A DNA stretch of 62,786 nucleotides, filler included. It is 7 parts of 7 records of this genome, joined end to end, with 100 filler letters (N's around TTAATTAATTAA, not from the genome) between each part and the next. Parts side by side here need not be neighbours in the genome. Positions count along the whole stretch, not along the records: positions 28,539 to 35,777 come from SRR31147125_3410; positions 35,878 to 43,055 come from SRR31147125_3413; positions 43,156 to 49,820 come from SRR31147125_3419; 4 more parts are not named here. One strand, written 5' to 3'. Below, piece by piece: positions 34,342 through 44,266 of the stretch (position 1 is its first letter; every line of letters begins with the position of its first letter). The notes under the pieces were generated by a model, which saw only the letters and a list, made by a program, of their open reading frames with translations, was not told the DNA's origin and made no database searches. Made by a program: the position numbers and the translations under genes.

Positions 34342-35688
34342 TTATGATACATGCCAGGGGCTGCGCATGGGACGGGAGAGTAGGCGGTCTGCCTGTGCGT
34401 CGTTGATAAAGCGTTCCTTATCCGGATCCCATTCCAGGTCGCGTTGTAATTTCATGGCAATGTTGCCCAGATGCGCCAGGGAAATAGATCGATGACCGAC
34501 CTCGATAGGCGCAACCGGTTGCTGTCGATTGAGAACACAGTCTATGAAATTTCGCACATGATGATTACTGGCATATAAATGGATCTCTTCCGGGCCGATA
34601 TTATCATATCTGAGTGTTTCAGGAAAGGTCTCGTGTCTTCCACGATTCGCCCAGACCCACCCATCTGTGCCTTCAAACGTGACACCACCGCGCTCTTTAG
34701 AGGAGATGATCAGTTTGACACCGTTTTTATACAGGCATTCGAAATAATAATCTGTTGCTGTATTCCATATGGGGTGATCGGCCCATGTGGCTCGGGCATT
34801 CTGGATTTTTATTGGTCCTGTGGTTTCCGTACCCATTCCCCACTGCGCAATATCCGGATGATGACCGCCCCAGTCTGTTACCTGGCCACCGGAATAGTCC
34901 AGATTCCAGCGAAAATTCACATGACAACGGGCAGGAGAATAGGGTGCTTCAGGCGCCGGTCCAAGCCATAGGTCATAATTAAATCCTTTTGGCACAGGCA
35001 CCGGAGTTGTTGCTGCACCGTAGCTGTTCAAATCAGGAACTCCGCCTGGCAAGCCACACTTTACAGTATGTAGTGTACCGATGCGTCCATTTTGTACCAA
35101 TTCACAAACCCGGCGAAAATTATAATCCGAGCGCTGCTGGCTGCCGGTTTGAAAAATAACACCGTGTTTGTTTACCGCGTTCACCATGGCGCGTCCTTCG
35201 GCAATGGTAAGCGATAAAGGTTTCTGACCATATATATCCTTGCCCGCTTTGGCTGCTTCTATCACGATTATTGAGTGCCAATGGTCTGGAGTACCATTAT
35301 AAACGGCATCGATATCCTTGCGGCGCAGCACATCGCGGAAATCTTCATAAGCGTCACAGCCTTTATAATGACCGGATGTTGCGAGACCGGCATAGTGTTC
35401 CTCTGCGATCTTGCGGGCTACGTCACGACCTCGAACCGTATTATTCCAGTAACCATCACTCTCTTTATTAACATCACAAACAGCCACGACTTGGACATTT
35501 TTATCCTGCAGAAAGGTCTTGAGCCAGTTAATTCCGTTGTTTCCTGTGCCAATAAATCCCATATTAATTCGGTCTGATGGAGCAACAGCACCGTTTTTTC
35601 CCAAAGCAGAGGCAGGAATGATAGACGGGAAAACCGCTGCACCAGTCGCTAAAGTAGCGCATTTTTTGAAGAATTGACGTCGTTTCAT
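34342..35688 (-). CDS. Tat-exported Gfo/Idh/MocA oxidoreductase
   Basis: KRRQFFK Tat motif, FIGTG, TPDHWH, QKPL, QTGSQQRS, WLGPAP, DWGGHH.D. Confidence 0.93.
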   Translation of the reverse strand: MKRRQFFKKCATLATGAAVFPSIIPASALGKNGAVAPSDRINMGFIGTGNNGINWLKTFLQDKNVQVVAVCDVNKESDGYWNNTVRGRDVARKIAEEHYAGLATSGHYKGCDAYEDFRDVLRRKDIDAVYNGTPDHWHSIIVIEAAKAGKDIYGQKPLSLTIAEGRAMVNAVNKHGVIFQTGSQQRSDYNFRRVCELVQNGRIGTLHTVKCGLPGGVPDLNSYGAATTPVPVPKGFNYDLWLGPAPEAPYSPARCHVNFRWNLDYSGGQVTDWGGHHPDIAQWGMGTETTGPIKIQNARATWADHPIWNTATDYYFECLYKNGVKLIISSKERGGVTFEGTDGWVWANRGRHETFPETLRYDNIGPEEIHLYASNHHVRNFIDCVLNRQQPVAPIEVGHRSISLAHLGNIAMKLQRDLEWDPDKERFINDAQADRLLSRPMRSPWHVS

Positions 35689-35777
35689 TTTGCAATCCTG
35701 AATTTCTGATTCTTGTTTATGTTAACTTTATACAATCCAGACAGGCCCAGGGGATTGATAGCGATAATTCACCTTTT

Positions 35778-35877
35778 NNNNNNNNNNNNNNNNNNNNNNN
35801 NNNNNNNNNNNNNNNNNNNNNTTAATTAATTAANNNNNNNNNNNNNNNNNNNNNNNNNNNNNNNNNNNNNNNNNNNN
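35778..35877. other. Artificial contig spacer
   Basis: N44-TTAATTAATTAA-N44. Confidence 0.98.
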
Positions 35878-36177
35878 ACGAGCCCCAAACTCCCCACGGA
35901 AACGGGCTGCGGTAACACGAATTACCTGTCATAATTCCGTATCGCGATGGAGCACACAAAGCGGCAGGTGCATGTGCTTGTGTAAAAACAGTTCCTGAAT
36001 TTGCCAGTTTATCGATATTTGGTGTTTCCAAAATAATGTTGTCGCTGTGCATACGGCGGTAATGCGAAATGTCGCCAACGCCAATATCATCGGCTAAAAC
36101 TACTACTATGTTTGGTTTTTGAGCACTTCCTGAAAAACAAAAGAAAAAAATCCTAAGATGAATATACTATACCTCAT
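35878..36177 (-). CDS. Sulfatase N-terminus (partial, frameshift in the signal-peptide homopolymers)
   Basis: AQKPNIVVVLADDIGVGD..ETPNIDKLA..CAPSRYGIMTG. Confidence 0.85.
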
Positions 36178-36324
36178 AATACGTAATCTTGTATCGAATT
36201 ATATAATTTCACTACAAAATTATGTACAAAAGACGTATAATACAGGGGATAAATTTTAAAAAAAACAGTACAAAACAGATTATTTTATTCAATGAAAGTA
36301 AAATCAGTATGGAAATCCTAAAAT

Positions 36325-38037
36325 TCAGAAATCAATCTTCCAAATTGATTTAGCTATTCTTGCAAAAACCTTTTGCCGGCTATTAATAGTATTTTCGGTC
36401 CATTCTTTCGAATAGTTAATTGAGACTCCTTGCGTTGTAATAAAATTACTTTTTTTTAATGCCTCCAGTTTATTCTGGTACGATTGGATTCCAATTTTCT
36501 TATTAACCTCCCTTTCTAATAAGCACATATTCCCAATACGATTTATGCATCTCTCTATAATTGAATCGTCCCAGTCCCATCGTTCATCTGGATTTTGAGG
36601 AAGAATGTGCTCAATGGTGTTACTTTCATCCTCTAAATCAATATTATTTCCGCCTGCTTGATTCTCCAAGGCAGAAAAAATATAACGAATAACCTTTCTG
36701 TTTCGAGAAGTATATTTAAGTTCTTTATTTGCGAATGTTGTTTCAAAATCGTTATCTGCAACATAAACCTTCTGCAAAATTGACTTATCGTAAATCTTTT
36801 CTGATTCAATCTTTAGTGCAGCTGTATTGTATACATTCTCCAAATCATTTGGATTGCGGCTCCCAATTATACTATACCTAAAAGATATAACAACAATGTG
36901 GTCTAATACTTTCACAAAATCGTTTATGGATAATTTGTCAAAGGCCAGCATAAGTAAAGAAAGTGGTTGTTTCACACCAAAATAGTTTAATGCTGTCAGT
37001 TTCTCCTTGATTTTCAAGTAAAAAGCTGAATATTCCTTCCATAGTTCATCCTCCGGGTGACGTAGAGCAACATAAATATCGGCATATTTTAACAGATTAT
37101 CCATCAAGTTAAAAACTTGTTTCTGAGTAGTAATATTTCTACGGATTGTTTTAAATAAATCATTCTTACGTACCGTTTTATTATGTGCATTCCAATAGAA
37201 ACGAAGGAATTCGGGTAGACGTTCGCGTCCTAACCGAGTTAAAACTTCAGACCATTTTACTTCCAAATCCTGAATTCTTCCGGTATGTTCAGATTCAGAA
37301 TCAACTCTGGAGAAGAGATAATTTTTAAGCAAATCAGAAGAAGATAATTGCACTCCTCGCGCATTCAAAGTTTCAAACACTCGAAATGCATTCAATTCAT
37401 CTCCAACTTTGATTGTTGTGAAATAAAGTTTATCCACTATTGTTTCAACAAACGATGCAATTGCTGCACCATCGCTATAATGCTTTCCTACTAATGGATA
37501 AAACCATTCAAAACATTTTTTCATTAATCTCTCCGAAGCATTAATTCCTCTTTGTCTTAGCTCTCCCAATTTCACAATGTAGTCTTTATAATAACCATCA
37601 TTGTTTCTATTTAGCTTTAACTTATTATTATAACTAAGAGTGATAGGATCTTTTAGCCCAATATACCTTTTTATCAATTCTTCAGCTCTATCAATATTTG
37701 CTTGTCTTTCTTCTTGTTCCAGAGATTCTTTTTGGGATAAATCGTTAATACATTTTATTGCAGCTAAAATCAGAAGTGTAATAGTTGTAATACGCTGCTG
37801 TCCGTCAATTATTTTAAAAAGCTTATTGTCATTTGTTTGTAAAACCAAATATCCCATATAGTGGGAACCTTCTTCACCTTCATTAGTATTAAATAAGGCT
37901 CGAAGATCCTGCCACAAATCATCCCATTGCTCTATATCCCATGAGTAATCTCGCTGAAACTTTGGAATTTCATATTTCATTCCATTTCCAAGCAAAACCC
38001 GAAATGTATTTGTAGAAGTATCTTGAATGCCTTTCAT
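36325..38037 (-). CDS. DUF262-DUF1524(HNH) GmrSD-like modification-dependent restriction endonuclease
   Basis: IPKFQRDYSW, IIDGQQRITT, FETLNARG, C-terminal IEHILPQ...IGNMCLL..N. Confidence 0.9.
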   Translation of the reverse strand: MKGIQDTSTNTFRVLLGNGMKYEIPKFQRDYSWDIEQWDDLWQDLRALFNTNEGEEGSHYMGYLVLQTNDNKLFKIIDGQQRITTITLLILAAIKCINDLSQKESLEQEERQANIDRAEELIKRYIGLKDPITLSYNNKLKLNRNNDGYYKDYIVKLGELRQRGINASERLMKKCFEWFYPLVGKHYSDGAAIASFVETIVDKLYFTTIKVGDELNAFRVFETLNARGVQLSSSDLLKNYLFSRVDSESEHTGRIQDLEVKWSEVLTRLGRERLPEFLRFYWNAHNKTVRKNDLFKTIRRNITTQKQVFNLMDNLLKYADIYVALRHPEDELWKEYSAFYLKIKEKLTALNYFGVKQPLSLLMLAFDKLSINDFVKVLDHIVVISFRYSIIGSRNPNDLENVYNTAALKIESEKIYDKSILQKVYVADNDFETTFANKELKYTSRNRKVIRYIFSALENQAGGNNIDLEDESNTIEHILPQNPDERWDWDDSIIERCINRIGNMCLLEREVNKKIGIQSYQNKLEALKKSNFITTQGVSINYSKEWTENTINSRQKVFARIAKSIWKIDF

Positions 38038-38073
38038 TCTCTTTTTTTTGTAAAGGTAAGACTTTCATTTAAA

Positions 38074-39435
38074 TTATATTTTCTTCTTATTCACATAAAA
38101 TTTTTCAACACTCCCGTTCTTCACATCATCCAAAACGAATGGTTTGCGGGCATCTTTTCCTTCAATAAAAAGATGAAAGTTCTCAACATATAAACCGTCG
38201 ATATGGCGGGCATACAAACCGGAAGCGGGCAATGTGCCAACCAAAGAAAACTCGGGCCAGTGTTTTTTAACCACGTCCAGCGAATAGTCTTTAACTACTT
38301 TTTTAGCATCTTCTTTTGTTCCGCCTCCCGAAACTGTAAACTGAACATCTTTTAGAATAATATTTTCAATATCGTGCCCGGGATAGCCGGTTAAGAAAAA
38401 GCAAGAATTTTTATCTAAACCACGATTATCAACCACAATATTGCTAAAAACCATGTTGTGCATACGGTCGAGCGGTTCGTACTGTCCTTCCGGCGAATCG
38501 ACACAAGCTCGTTGCTGGCTGAATGTCATAAAAATTGGACGAGGCACATTTTCCATAATAAGGTTGGTGAAGGTCATGTTTCTCATTTCGCCGCCTTCGC
38601 ATTGCTGAATTTTCAAACCTGAATCTTTAATATTTTTAAAAGTACAATTGCTAACCGTTACCTGCTCAATGTTGCCACGCGAAAGTAAACCAATGCGCAT
38701 TCCGCCCCATTTGGTTTCAAAGATGCAGTTGCTAACCACCACATCGCGGCAAGGTTTGTCGGGGCGCGAGGCCTGTAAACAAATTGAATCGTCGGAATTG
38801 CTGAACGAACAATTTGAAACACGAACATTTGTACAGCCATCGAAATCTAAACCATCGCCATTTTTATTTGCCCAACTCTCAATGCGAATTCCTGAAACGA
38901 TAATTTCATCGCAATATAACCACGCCGAAGTCCATGCTGCCGGATTAATCAACGTAACATCGTTTAGGTGAATATCTTTACAATCTTTAAAACGTAACAA
39001 CATTGGGCGCTGATTGGTGAATTTTGTACCGTCGCCATCAATTGTTCCGTATCCTTCAATGGCAAACGACTTTGCATTTTCGGCATAAATTAAAACACGG
39101 TCCATGTGCTTTTCGCGCTTATACATTATTTTATGGGTATCGGTAGCGTAATCTTCAAAAATTGAGCTACCCTTTAAAACTGCCCCATTTTCGATATGCA
39201 GGGTAACAAAATCTTTCAGATAGATAGTTCCAGTAACCACCGTTTTTCCTGACGGAATAATCACTTTTCCGCCACCATATTTGGTACAGGCATCAATTGC
39301 ATTTTGAACGGCTTTGGTATCGAGAGTCGTTCCATCAGCTTTTGCGCCAAAATCGGATACGTTAAAATCTTTTGCGAAAGATGAGAATGAAAGGCAAAAC
39401 AGAAATAAAATGGAGAATAATGATTTTATATTCAT
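38074..39435 (-). CDS. GH28-family beta-helix glycoside hydrolase
   Basis: DFGAKADG..DT.AVQ.AID, GTIDG, NGDGLD, SDDSICL, signal peptide. Confidence 0.85.
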   Translation of the reverse strand: MNIKSLFSILFLFCLSFSSFAKDFNVSDFGAKADGTTLDTKAVQNAIDACTKYGGGKVIIPSGKTVVTGTIYLKDFVTLHIENGAVLKGSSIFEDYATDTHKIMYKREKHMDRVLIYAENAKSFAIEGYGTIDGDGTKFTNQRPMLLRFKDCKDIHLNDVTLINPAAWTSAWLYCDEIIVSGIRIESWANKNGDGLDFDGCTNVRVSNCSFSNSDDSICLQASRPDKPCRDVVVSNCIFETKWGGMRIGLLSRGNIEQVTVSNCTFKNIKDSGLKIQQCEGGEMRNMTFTNLIMENVPRPIFMTFSQQRACVDSPEGQYEPLDRMHNMVFSNIVVDNRGLDKNSCFFLTGYPGHDIENIILKDVQFTVSGGGTKEDAKKVVKDYSLDVVKKHWPEFSLVGTLPASGLYARHIDGLYVENFHLFIEGKDARKPFVLDDVKNGSVEKFYVNKKKI

Positions 39436-39546
39436 TGCAAGATTACTTTGTTGGTTTTGAAGCAAAATTAATAGAATAGCCTTCATTGCATAAGGTATAA
39501 GTGTTAGAAATAGTGGGGGTATTTTTCAATATCCATCCCGAATTAA

Positions 39547-39554
39547 TATATTTG
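39547..39554 (+). promoter_or_regulatory. Bacteroidota -7 promoter element for the TA pair
   Basis: TATATTTG matches TAnnTTTG, 15 nt upstream of the ATG. Confidence 0.6.
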
Positions 39555-39568
39555 TAAAAGAAAGATTT

Positions 39569-39877
39569 ATGATGAAGAAAGATTTTAATATTCAAAAATT
39601 GTCTCCTCATTTATTTTGGGATGTAGACAGGAATAAAATTGACATATCAAAAAACTTTCAGTTTGTGCTTCAACGTATCTTGGAATATGGTGTTATGGCA
39701 GACTGGTTATTAATTTACAAACATTTTGGATTAAAAAAAATAACGAAGGAAGCACAACAGATAAGGAGCCTGGACCAAAAGTCCATGTATTTTTTAGCCC
39801 ACTTATCGGACAAAAAAATAGAAACTTTCAGATGTTACACAACGAATCAATCGACCCCGCCACACTGGAACTTTTAA
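39569..39877 (+). CDS. DUF6922-like protein, putative antitoxin
   Basis: LSPHLFWDVD...QRILEYG..DW. Overlaps the AbiEii gene. Confidence 0.8.
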   Translation: MMKKDFNIQKLSPHLFWDVDRNKIDISKNFQFVLQRILEYGVMADWLLIYKHFGLKKITKEAQQIRSLDQKSMYFLAHLSDKKIETFRCYTTNQSTPPHWNF

Positions 39878-40452
39878 TCCGGTTGATGGACATCCCGGAA
39901 TTTTCTGAACTTAACCTGGTTGGGGGAACATCACTTGCATTACAAATTGGTCATCGTAAATCGGTTGATCTTGATTTATTTGGACAACTGGAGGTTGACG
40001 ATTTCCAACTATCGTCCATTTTACAAGAATTTAGCTCTGTAAAACTCTTAAATAATTCGCAAAATATTAAAGTCTATTTGATAGAAGGTGTAAAAGTAGA
40101 TTTTGTTAATTATCCTTATTCCTGGCTTGAACCAAACCTTAAATTTGATAAAATAAGATTAGCTGGCAAAAAAGACATTGCTGCCATGAAATTATCGGCA
40201 ATAACGGGTCGAGGAACAAAAAAAGATTTTATTGACATTTATTTTTTACTCAATTATTTTTCATTGGCTGAAATGTTTCAATTTTATCAAAACAAATTCC
40301 CAGATGGCTCTGATTTCCTTGTAACCAGAAGCTTACTATATTTTGTTGATGCCGAAAAAGAACAACTTCCATTTATGTTATCACCTGTTAATTGGGAGAA
40401 AGTGAAAACTCGCATTACCAAAGAAACAAAATTGTATATTGAGTCGAGTTAA
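39832..40452 (+). CDS. AbiEii/AbiGii-family nucleotidyltransferase toxin
   Basis: LVGGTSLALQIGHRKSVDLDLF, AMKLSAI.GRG.KKDFIDIY. Confidence 0.9.
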   Translation: MLHNESIDPATLELLIRLMDIPEFSELNLVGGTSLALQIGHRKSVDLDLFGQLEVDDFQLSSILQEFSSVKLLNNSQNIKVYLIEGVKVDFVNYPYSWLEPNLKFDKIRLAGKKDIAAMKLSAITGRGTKKDFIDIYFLLNYFSLAEMFQFYQNKFPDGSDFLVTRSLLYFVDAEKEQLPFMLSPVNWEKVKTRITKETKLYIESS

Positions 40453-40516
40453 TTTGAATCTTGATTAATGAATTTTGATTTCTGTTCTAAAATCGTTAAT
40501 CATCATTCGTTATTCA

Positions 40517-41368
40517 TCATTCTTTTACAAGTTTATACGAGCGTACCCAATCGTAATACGAGGTATTTATTTCATCGTTTAACAATTCCTCTTTTGTTGG
40601 CGGTTCTTCCCAGTTGTAGGTTTCTGTTACCATGTGCATGTACATTGGCGTATCGAAAGGGGTTTTCGAGTAGCTTGTATCAGGATGCATGGTAAACTGA
40701 AATTCGCCATCTAAATAAATGTGAATATTATTGGCATCTTCCCACCAGCAACCATAAGTATGAAAAGCCTTTTCTGCCGATGGAACAATTTTACATGTTC
40801 CGCCTGCCGAAACCACGTTGCGTTCACCATTTTTCTCACTACGGAAAATATGCGTATTCGAATGCAGAATGTTTCTAAAATCATTTTTCAGTTTTTGCAT
40901 TCCTACCAGTTCCGCAATATCCAATTCGTCTTGTTGATGCCAACCATCTCCCTCCCGTTTGTTTTTCATCCAAAAAGTAGTTGACATGGAAATTCCGGAG
41001 GCCTTTATTCGAGATTCATAATAACCATAATGGGCATCTTGAGAAACTGAAGCCACTGCTCCTCCTACAATATTGTATTTTTCTTGTTTTTCCTTGTCTT
41101 CCTCCCGTAAAATATCGTTTTTAATTTGAAGGAAACCATCTTTTACCGAAACGGTGCGGGCGCGAAATGTTGCAGGTGAACGGCCATTTTTCCAATAGGG
41201 CGAGCGGTCGTACCACTTGCTTTTATCAAGTTTATCGCCGTTAAATTCGTCAGTAAACTTTTCGTTTTTTACCCATTTATAACCTTTTTTGGGGGGTGGT
41301 GGTTGAGCTGTTGTGGCAAATGCTGCCAGCAAAAGGATTGAAATTAAGAATGATAGTTTTTTGTTCAT
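40517..41368 (-). CDS. GH16 glycoside hydrolase (porphyranase/agarase-like)
   Basis: DEFNG, YGYYE.R.KAS, ELDIAE catalytic motif, FHTYGCWW, TETYNW, YYDWVR. Confidence 0.85.
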   Translation of the reverse strand: MNKKLSFLISILLLAAFATTAQPPPPKKGYKWVKNEKFTDEFNGDKLDKSKWYDRSPYWKNGRSPATFRARTVSVKDGFLQIKNDILREEDKEKQEKYNIVGGAVASVSQDAHYGYYESRIKASGISMSTTFWMKNKREGDGWHQQDELDIAELVGMQKLKNDFRNILHSNTHIFRSEKNGERNVVSAGGTCKIVPSAEKAFHTYGCWWEDANNIHIYLDGEFQFTMHPDTSYSKTPFDTPMYMHMVTETYNWEEPPTKEELLNDEINTSYYDWVRSYKLVKE

Positions 41369-41383
41369 GGTTTAAGTTTTTTG

Positions 41384-41490
41384 CTGCCCCTCGTTTGCAA
41401 CGAGGGGTCTATGGTTTTGCATTTGTAATGCTTCAATAAACGTCGTTACAAACGACAGACAACCACCCCCTCGTTGCAAACGAGGGGCAG
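41384..41490. repeat. 107-bp REPIN/MITE-like element with perfect 24-bp terminal inverted repeats
   Basis: CTGCCCCTCGTTTGCAACGAGGGG ... CCCCTCGTTGCAAACGAGGGGCAG. Each arm is itself a hairpin. Internal mini-palindromes GCATTTGTAATGC and GTCGTTACAAACGAC. Confidence 0.85.
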
Positions 41491-41507
41491 TCTTGCCTAT
41501 GTGGTTT

Positions 41508-42905
41508 TCATTTCTTCTCTCCGGCACAAGCCTTGCGAATATAAACTTCACGTTTTTCAATTGCCTTGTCGATATTATCAATGTGCGGATCGTGCCATTT
41601 TGCAGGAACCGTTCCTTTAGTCCACTCACTGTAATCAGCCTGCAACTCGGCCAGTTTTTCCGGCATCGCTTTAGCCAAATCATTCATTTCATAAGGGTCC
41701 TCTTTAATATTAAACAAGTAAATACGGTTATATTTAAACGCCGAATTCACAATTTTATAATCGCCTTTTTGAACGGCATAACCTGCTCCATCGGAATATC
41801 GCCAGAAAAGAATATCGTGCGGTGCTTTTTTGTTTTTGCCATTTAAATAAGGAAGCAAATTTGTGCCATCCAATGTTTCTTTCTGCGGATGTTGAACTCC
41901 GGTTGCAGCCAAAATAGTTGGGTAAATATCCAGCGCCGAAATTGGATTTTGGTAACGGTCGCCACCTTTTATACCTTTTGGCCACGACACCAAAAACGGA
42001 ACACGAATTCCACCTTCGAATAACATTCCTTTATTTCCGCGGTATGGCAAACTGCGCGAGCCATGACCATGACCTCCGTTGTCGCTATAAAAGAAAATTA
42101 TGGTGTTATCGTACTCTCCGGTTTCTTTTAATTTCTGAATAACTTTTCCAACGCCCACATCCATTCCGGTAACCATTGCCCCGTAAGCGGCGCGGTCGCC
42201 AAATTCGGCATGCGTCATCATATTTAAATATTCTTTTGTTGCCTGAATTGGCATGTGTGGAGCATTGTACGCCAGGTAAAGAAAAAATGGCTCGTCTTTC
42301 TTCGAGTATCCATCTATATAATTAACTGCTTCTCGCGTAAAGTCATCAGTTAAATAACTTATTTCTTCAGGCTTAACCGGTTTTCCATCCCGCAAAATTC
42401 CTTGTTCAGGTGTTTTATTCCCCAAACTTCCCCAGTAATTAAAACCGCCCCCGTAAAATCCAAACCAATCGTCGAAACCTTGCTGGTTAGGCCAAAATTT
42501 GTTGTTATCGCCCAAATGCCACTTACCTATAGCACAAGTTTGATAACCGTTTTCTTTTAATAATTCTGGAATGAGCAATTCATCAATCGGTAAACCGGCT
42601 TCCGGGTCATCCTGTCCGTAAGGCGTATTATTTTCGTGCCCGAAACGTTGCTGGTAGCGACCTGACAAAAGTCCTGCACGGCTAGGACTACAATATGGAT
42701 GAGATGCATAACCGGCTTGAAAACTGATGCCTTCTTTTGCCAGTTTATCAAGATTTGGTGTTGGAATATCGGTACAACTGTTAAAGCCTACATCGCCCCA
42801 TCCCTGGTCGTCGGTAATGACAATGATTACGTTAGGGCGTTCTTTGGCAAAAACGCTGATAGCACAAAACAATGTTACAATTAAGGTTAGTGTTTTAGAT
42901 TTCAT
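41508..42905 (-). CDS. Sulfatase (S1 family)
   Basis: PNVIIVITDDQG, CSPSRAG, GKWHLG, YNAPH, SDNGG, KG.LFEGGIRVP. Confidence 0.94.
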   Translation of the reverse strand: MKSKTLTLIVTLFCAISVFAKERPNVIIVITDDQGWGDVGFNSCTDIPTPNLDKLAKEGISFQAGYASHPYCSPSRAGLLSGRYQQRFGHENNTPYGQDDPEAGLPIDELLIPELLKENGYQTCAIGKWHLGDNNKFWPNQQGFDDWFGFYGGGFNYWGSLGNKTPEQGILRDGKPVKPEEISYLTDDFTREAVNYIDGYSKKDEPFFLYLAYNAPHMPIQATKEYLNMMTHAEFGDRAAYGAMVTGMDVGVGKVIQKLKETGEYDNTIIFFYSDNGGHGHGSRSLPYRGNKGMLFEGGIRVPFLVSWPKGIKGGDRYQNPISALDIYPTILAATGVQHPQKETLDGTNLLPYLNGKNKKAPHDILFWRYSDGAGYAVQKGDYKIVNSAFKYNRIYLFNIKEDPYEMNDLAKAMPEKLAELQADYSEWTKGTVPAKWHDPHIDNIDKAIEKREVYIRKACAGEKK

Positions 42906-42945
42906 GATATTTTAAGCTATGATTATTTGTCTATAGTTTTCATTA

Positions 42946-42983
42946 CCCCTCTGGCTGTAGCCATCTCCCCTCACGAGGGGAGA
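42946..42983. repeat. REP-like GC-rich palindrome
   Basis: ACCCCTCTGGCTGTAGCCA followed by the hairpin TCTCCCCTC-AC-GAGGGGAGA. Confidence 0.55.
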
Positions 42984-43055
42984 ATGATTTGAACGACTAA
43001 CTGCATAACAACAAAGTTTGTGGCCTTTCTTCCTAGCTGTTTTCCCTTTTAAAGG

Positions 43056-43155
43056 NNNNNNNNNNNNNNNNNNNNNNNNNNNNNNNNNNNNNNNNNNNNT
43101 TAATTAATTAANNNNNNNNNNNNNNNNNNNNNNNNNNNNNNNNNNNNNNNNNNNN
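43056..43155. other. Artificial contig spacer
   Basis: N44-TTAATTAATTAA-N44. Confidence 0.98.
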
Positions 43156-43156
43156 G

Positions 43157-43399
43157 CCTATTATGCTTGAAGTAGCCCGGCAATTTGATCCCATTTATGT
43201 TTTGCCAATGGTATTGTCTATTGGTATAAGTGCCAACTGCGCATTTATGCTTCCTGTTGCTACACCTCCCAATGCCCTTGCTTTTAGTACAAAAGAAGTA
43301 TCGATGAAACAAATGATGCGTATTGGCTTAGTTTTGAATCTCGTAGCAATACCGCTTGTGTGGTTGGTAGTGAGTATAAATTTGTTGAATATCTTTTAA
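43157..43399 (+). CDS. DASS/SLC13 anion transporter, C-terminal fragment
   Basis: ISANCAFMLPVATPPNAL...MMRIG..LN. Confidence 0.88.
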   Translation, partial: PIMLEVARQFDPIYVLPMVLSIGISANCAFMLPVATPPNALAFSTKEVSMKQMMRIGLVLNLVAIPLVWLVVSINLLNIF

Positions 43400-43409
43400 A
43401 ATTTAAAAA

Positions 43410-44198
43410 ATGAAAATAAAATCAATCTTAGTTTTAATTCTGATCTTGAGTTTTATAATAACTGGTTTTTCACAATCTCAGGGGAAAGATGACTTAATTA
43501 AAGTTCATTTTGTAGGGAATAGTTATACCTACTATCAAAACTTACCACAAGTTGTTGCCACCATGGCTCAAGGTAGGAGAATTAATATTCGCACTTCGAA
43601 GACTGTGCTTGGAGGGGCTGAACTGCGTGAGCATTGGAACAGCGGTAGCGAGGATAAGCCCAATTGGAATTTAGACACAAAATCAATTCTTAAAAATGGG
43701 AATTTCGATATTGTAATTCTTCAAGATCGAAGCTTAATGCCCATTGAGTTTCCGGATAGTACACTGAAGTATGTAGAGCTTTTTTCAAATTTCGTAAAAG
43801 ATACTGGTGCTAAGCCTTATCTGTACTTAACATGGGCAAGAGAGCGTATTCCTCAAATACAGGATGACCTGAATAAGATATTTAAAACAGCGGCAAAAAG
43901 AAATAGCATTCAAATTGTTCCGGTTGGGGATGCATGGAAACTGGCACGGGAGCTACGTCCGGCAATAAACCTTTTTGCGGAAGATGGCACACATCCTTCG
44001 CATCTGGGAGCCTATCTTTCGGCTTGTGTATTTTTTGCAAAACTTACGGGTGAATCTCCCGTTGGGTTAAGGCGAAAGCTAAATATGAAAGATGAATTTG
44101 GAGAATCTATAGTTCTTATGAATTTAAATAGGGAAGATGCAATCTTTTTACAGACAGTTGCTCAAACTGTAGTTGAAGAATGGGAGATGCATGAATAG
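43410..44198 (+). CDS. Secreted SGNH/GDSL-like hydrolase (DUF4886-like)
   Basis: FVGNSYT, LQD.S, YLTWAR, PVG.AW, DGTHPS..GAYL. Confidence 0.75.
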   Translation: MKIKSILVLILILSFIITGFSQSQGKDDLIKVHFVGNSYTYYQNLPQVVATMAQGRRINIRTSKTVLGGAELREHWNSGSEDKPNWNLDTKSILKNGNFDIVILQDRSLMPIEFPDSTLKYVELFSNFVKDTGAKPYLYLTWARERIPQIQDDLNKIFKTAAKRNSIQIVPVGDAWKLARELRPAINLFAEDGTHPSHLGAYLSACVFFAKLTGESPVGLRRKLNMKDEFGESIVLMNLNREDAIFLQTVAQTVVEEWEMHE

Positions 44199-44266
44199 AA
44201 TAGCAACCCTTTTTTTATTCTGTTTCTTAAATCTTGATGACAAATGTATACTGTTGAACTAAAACT

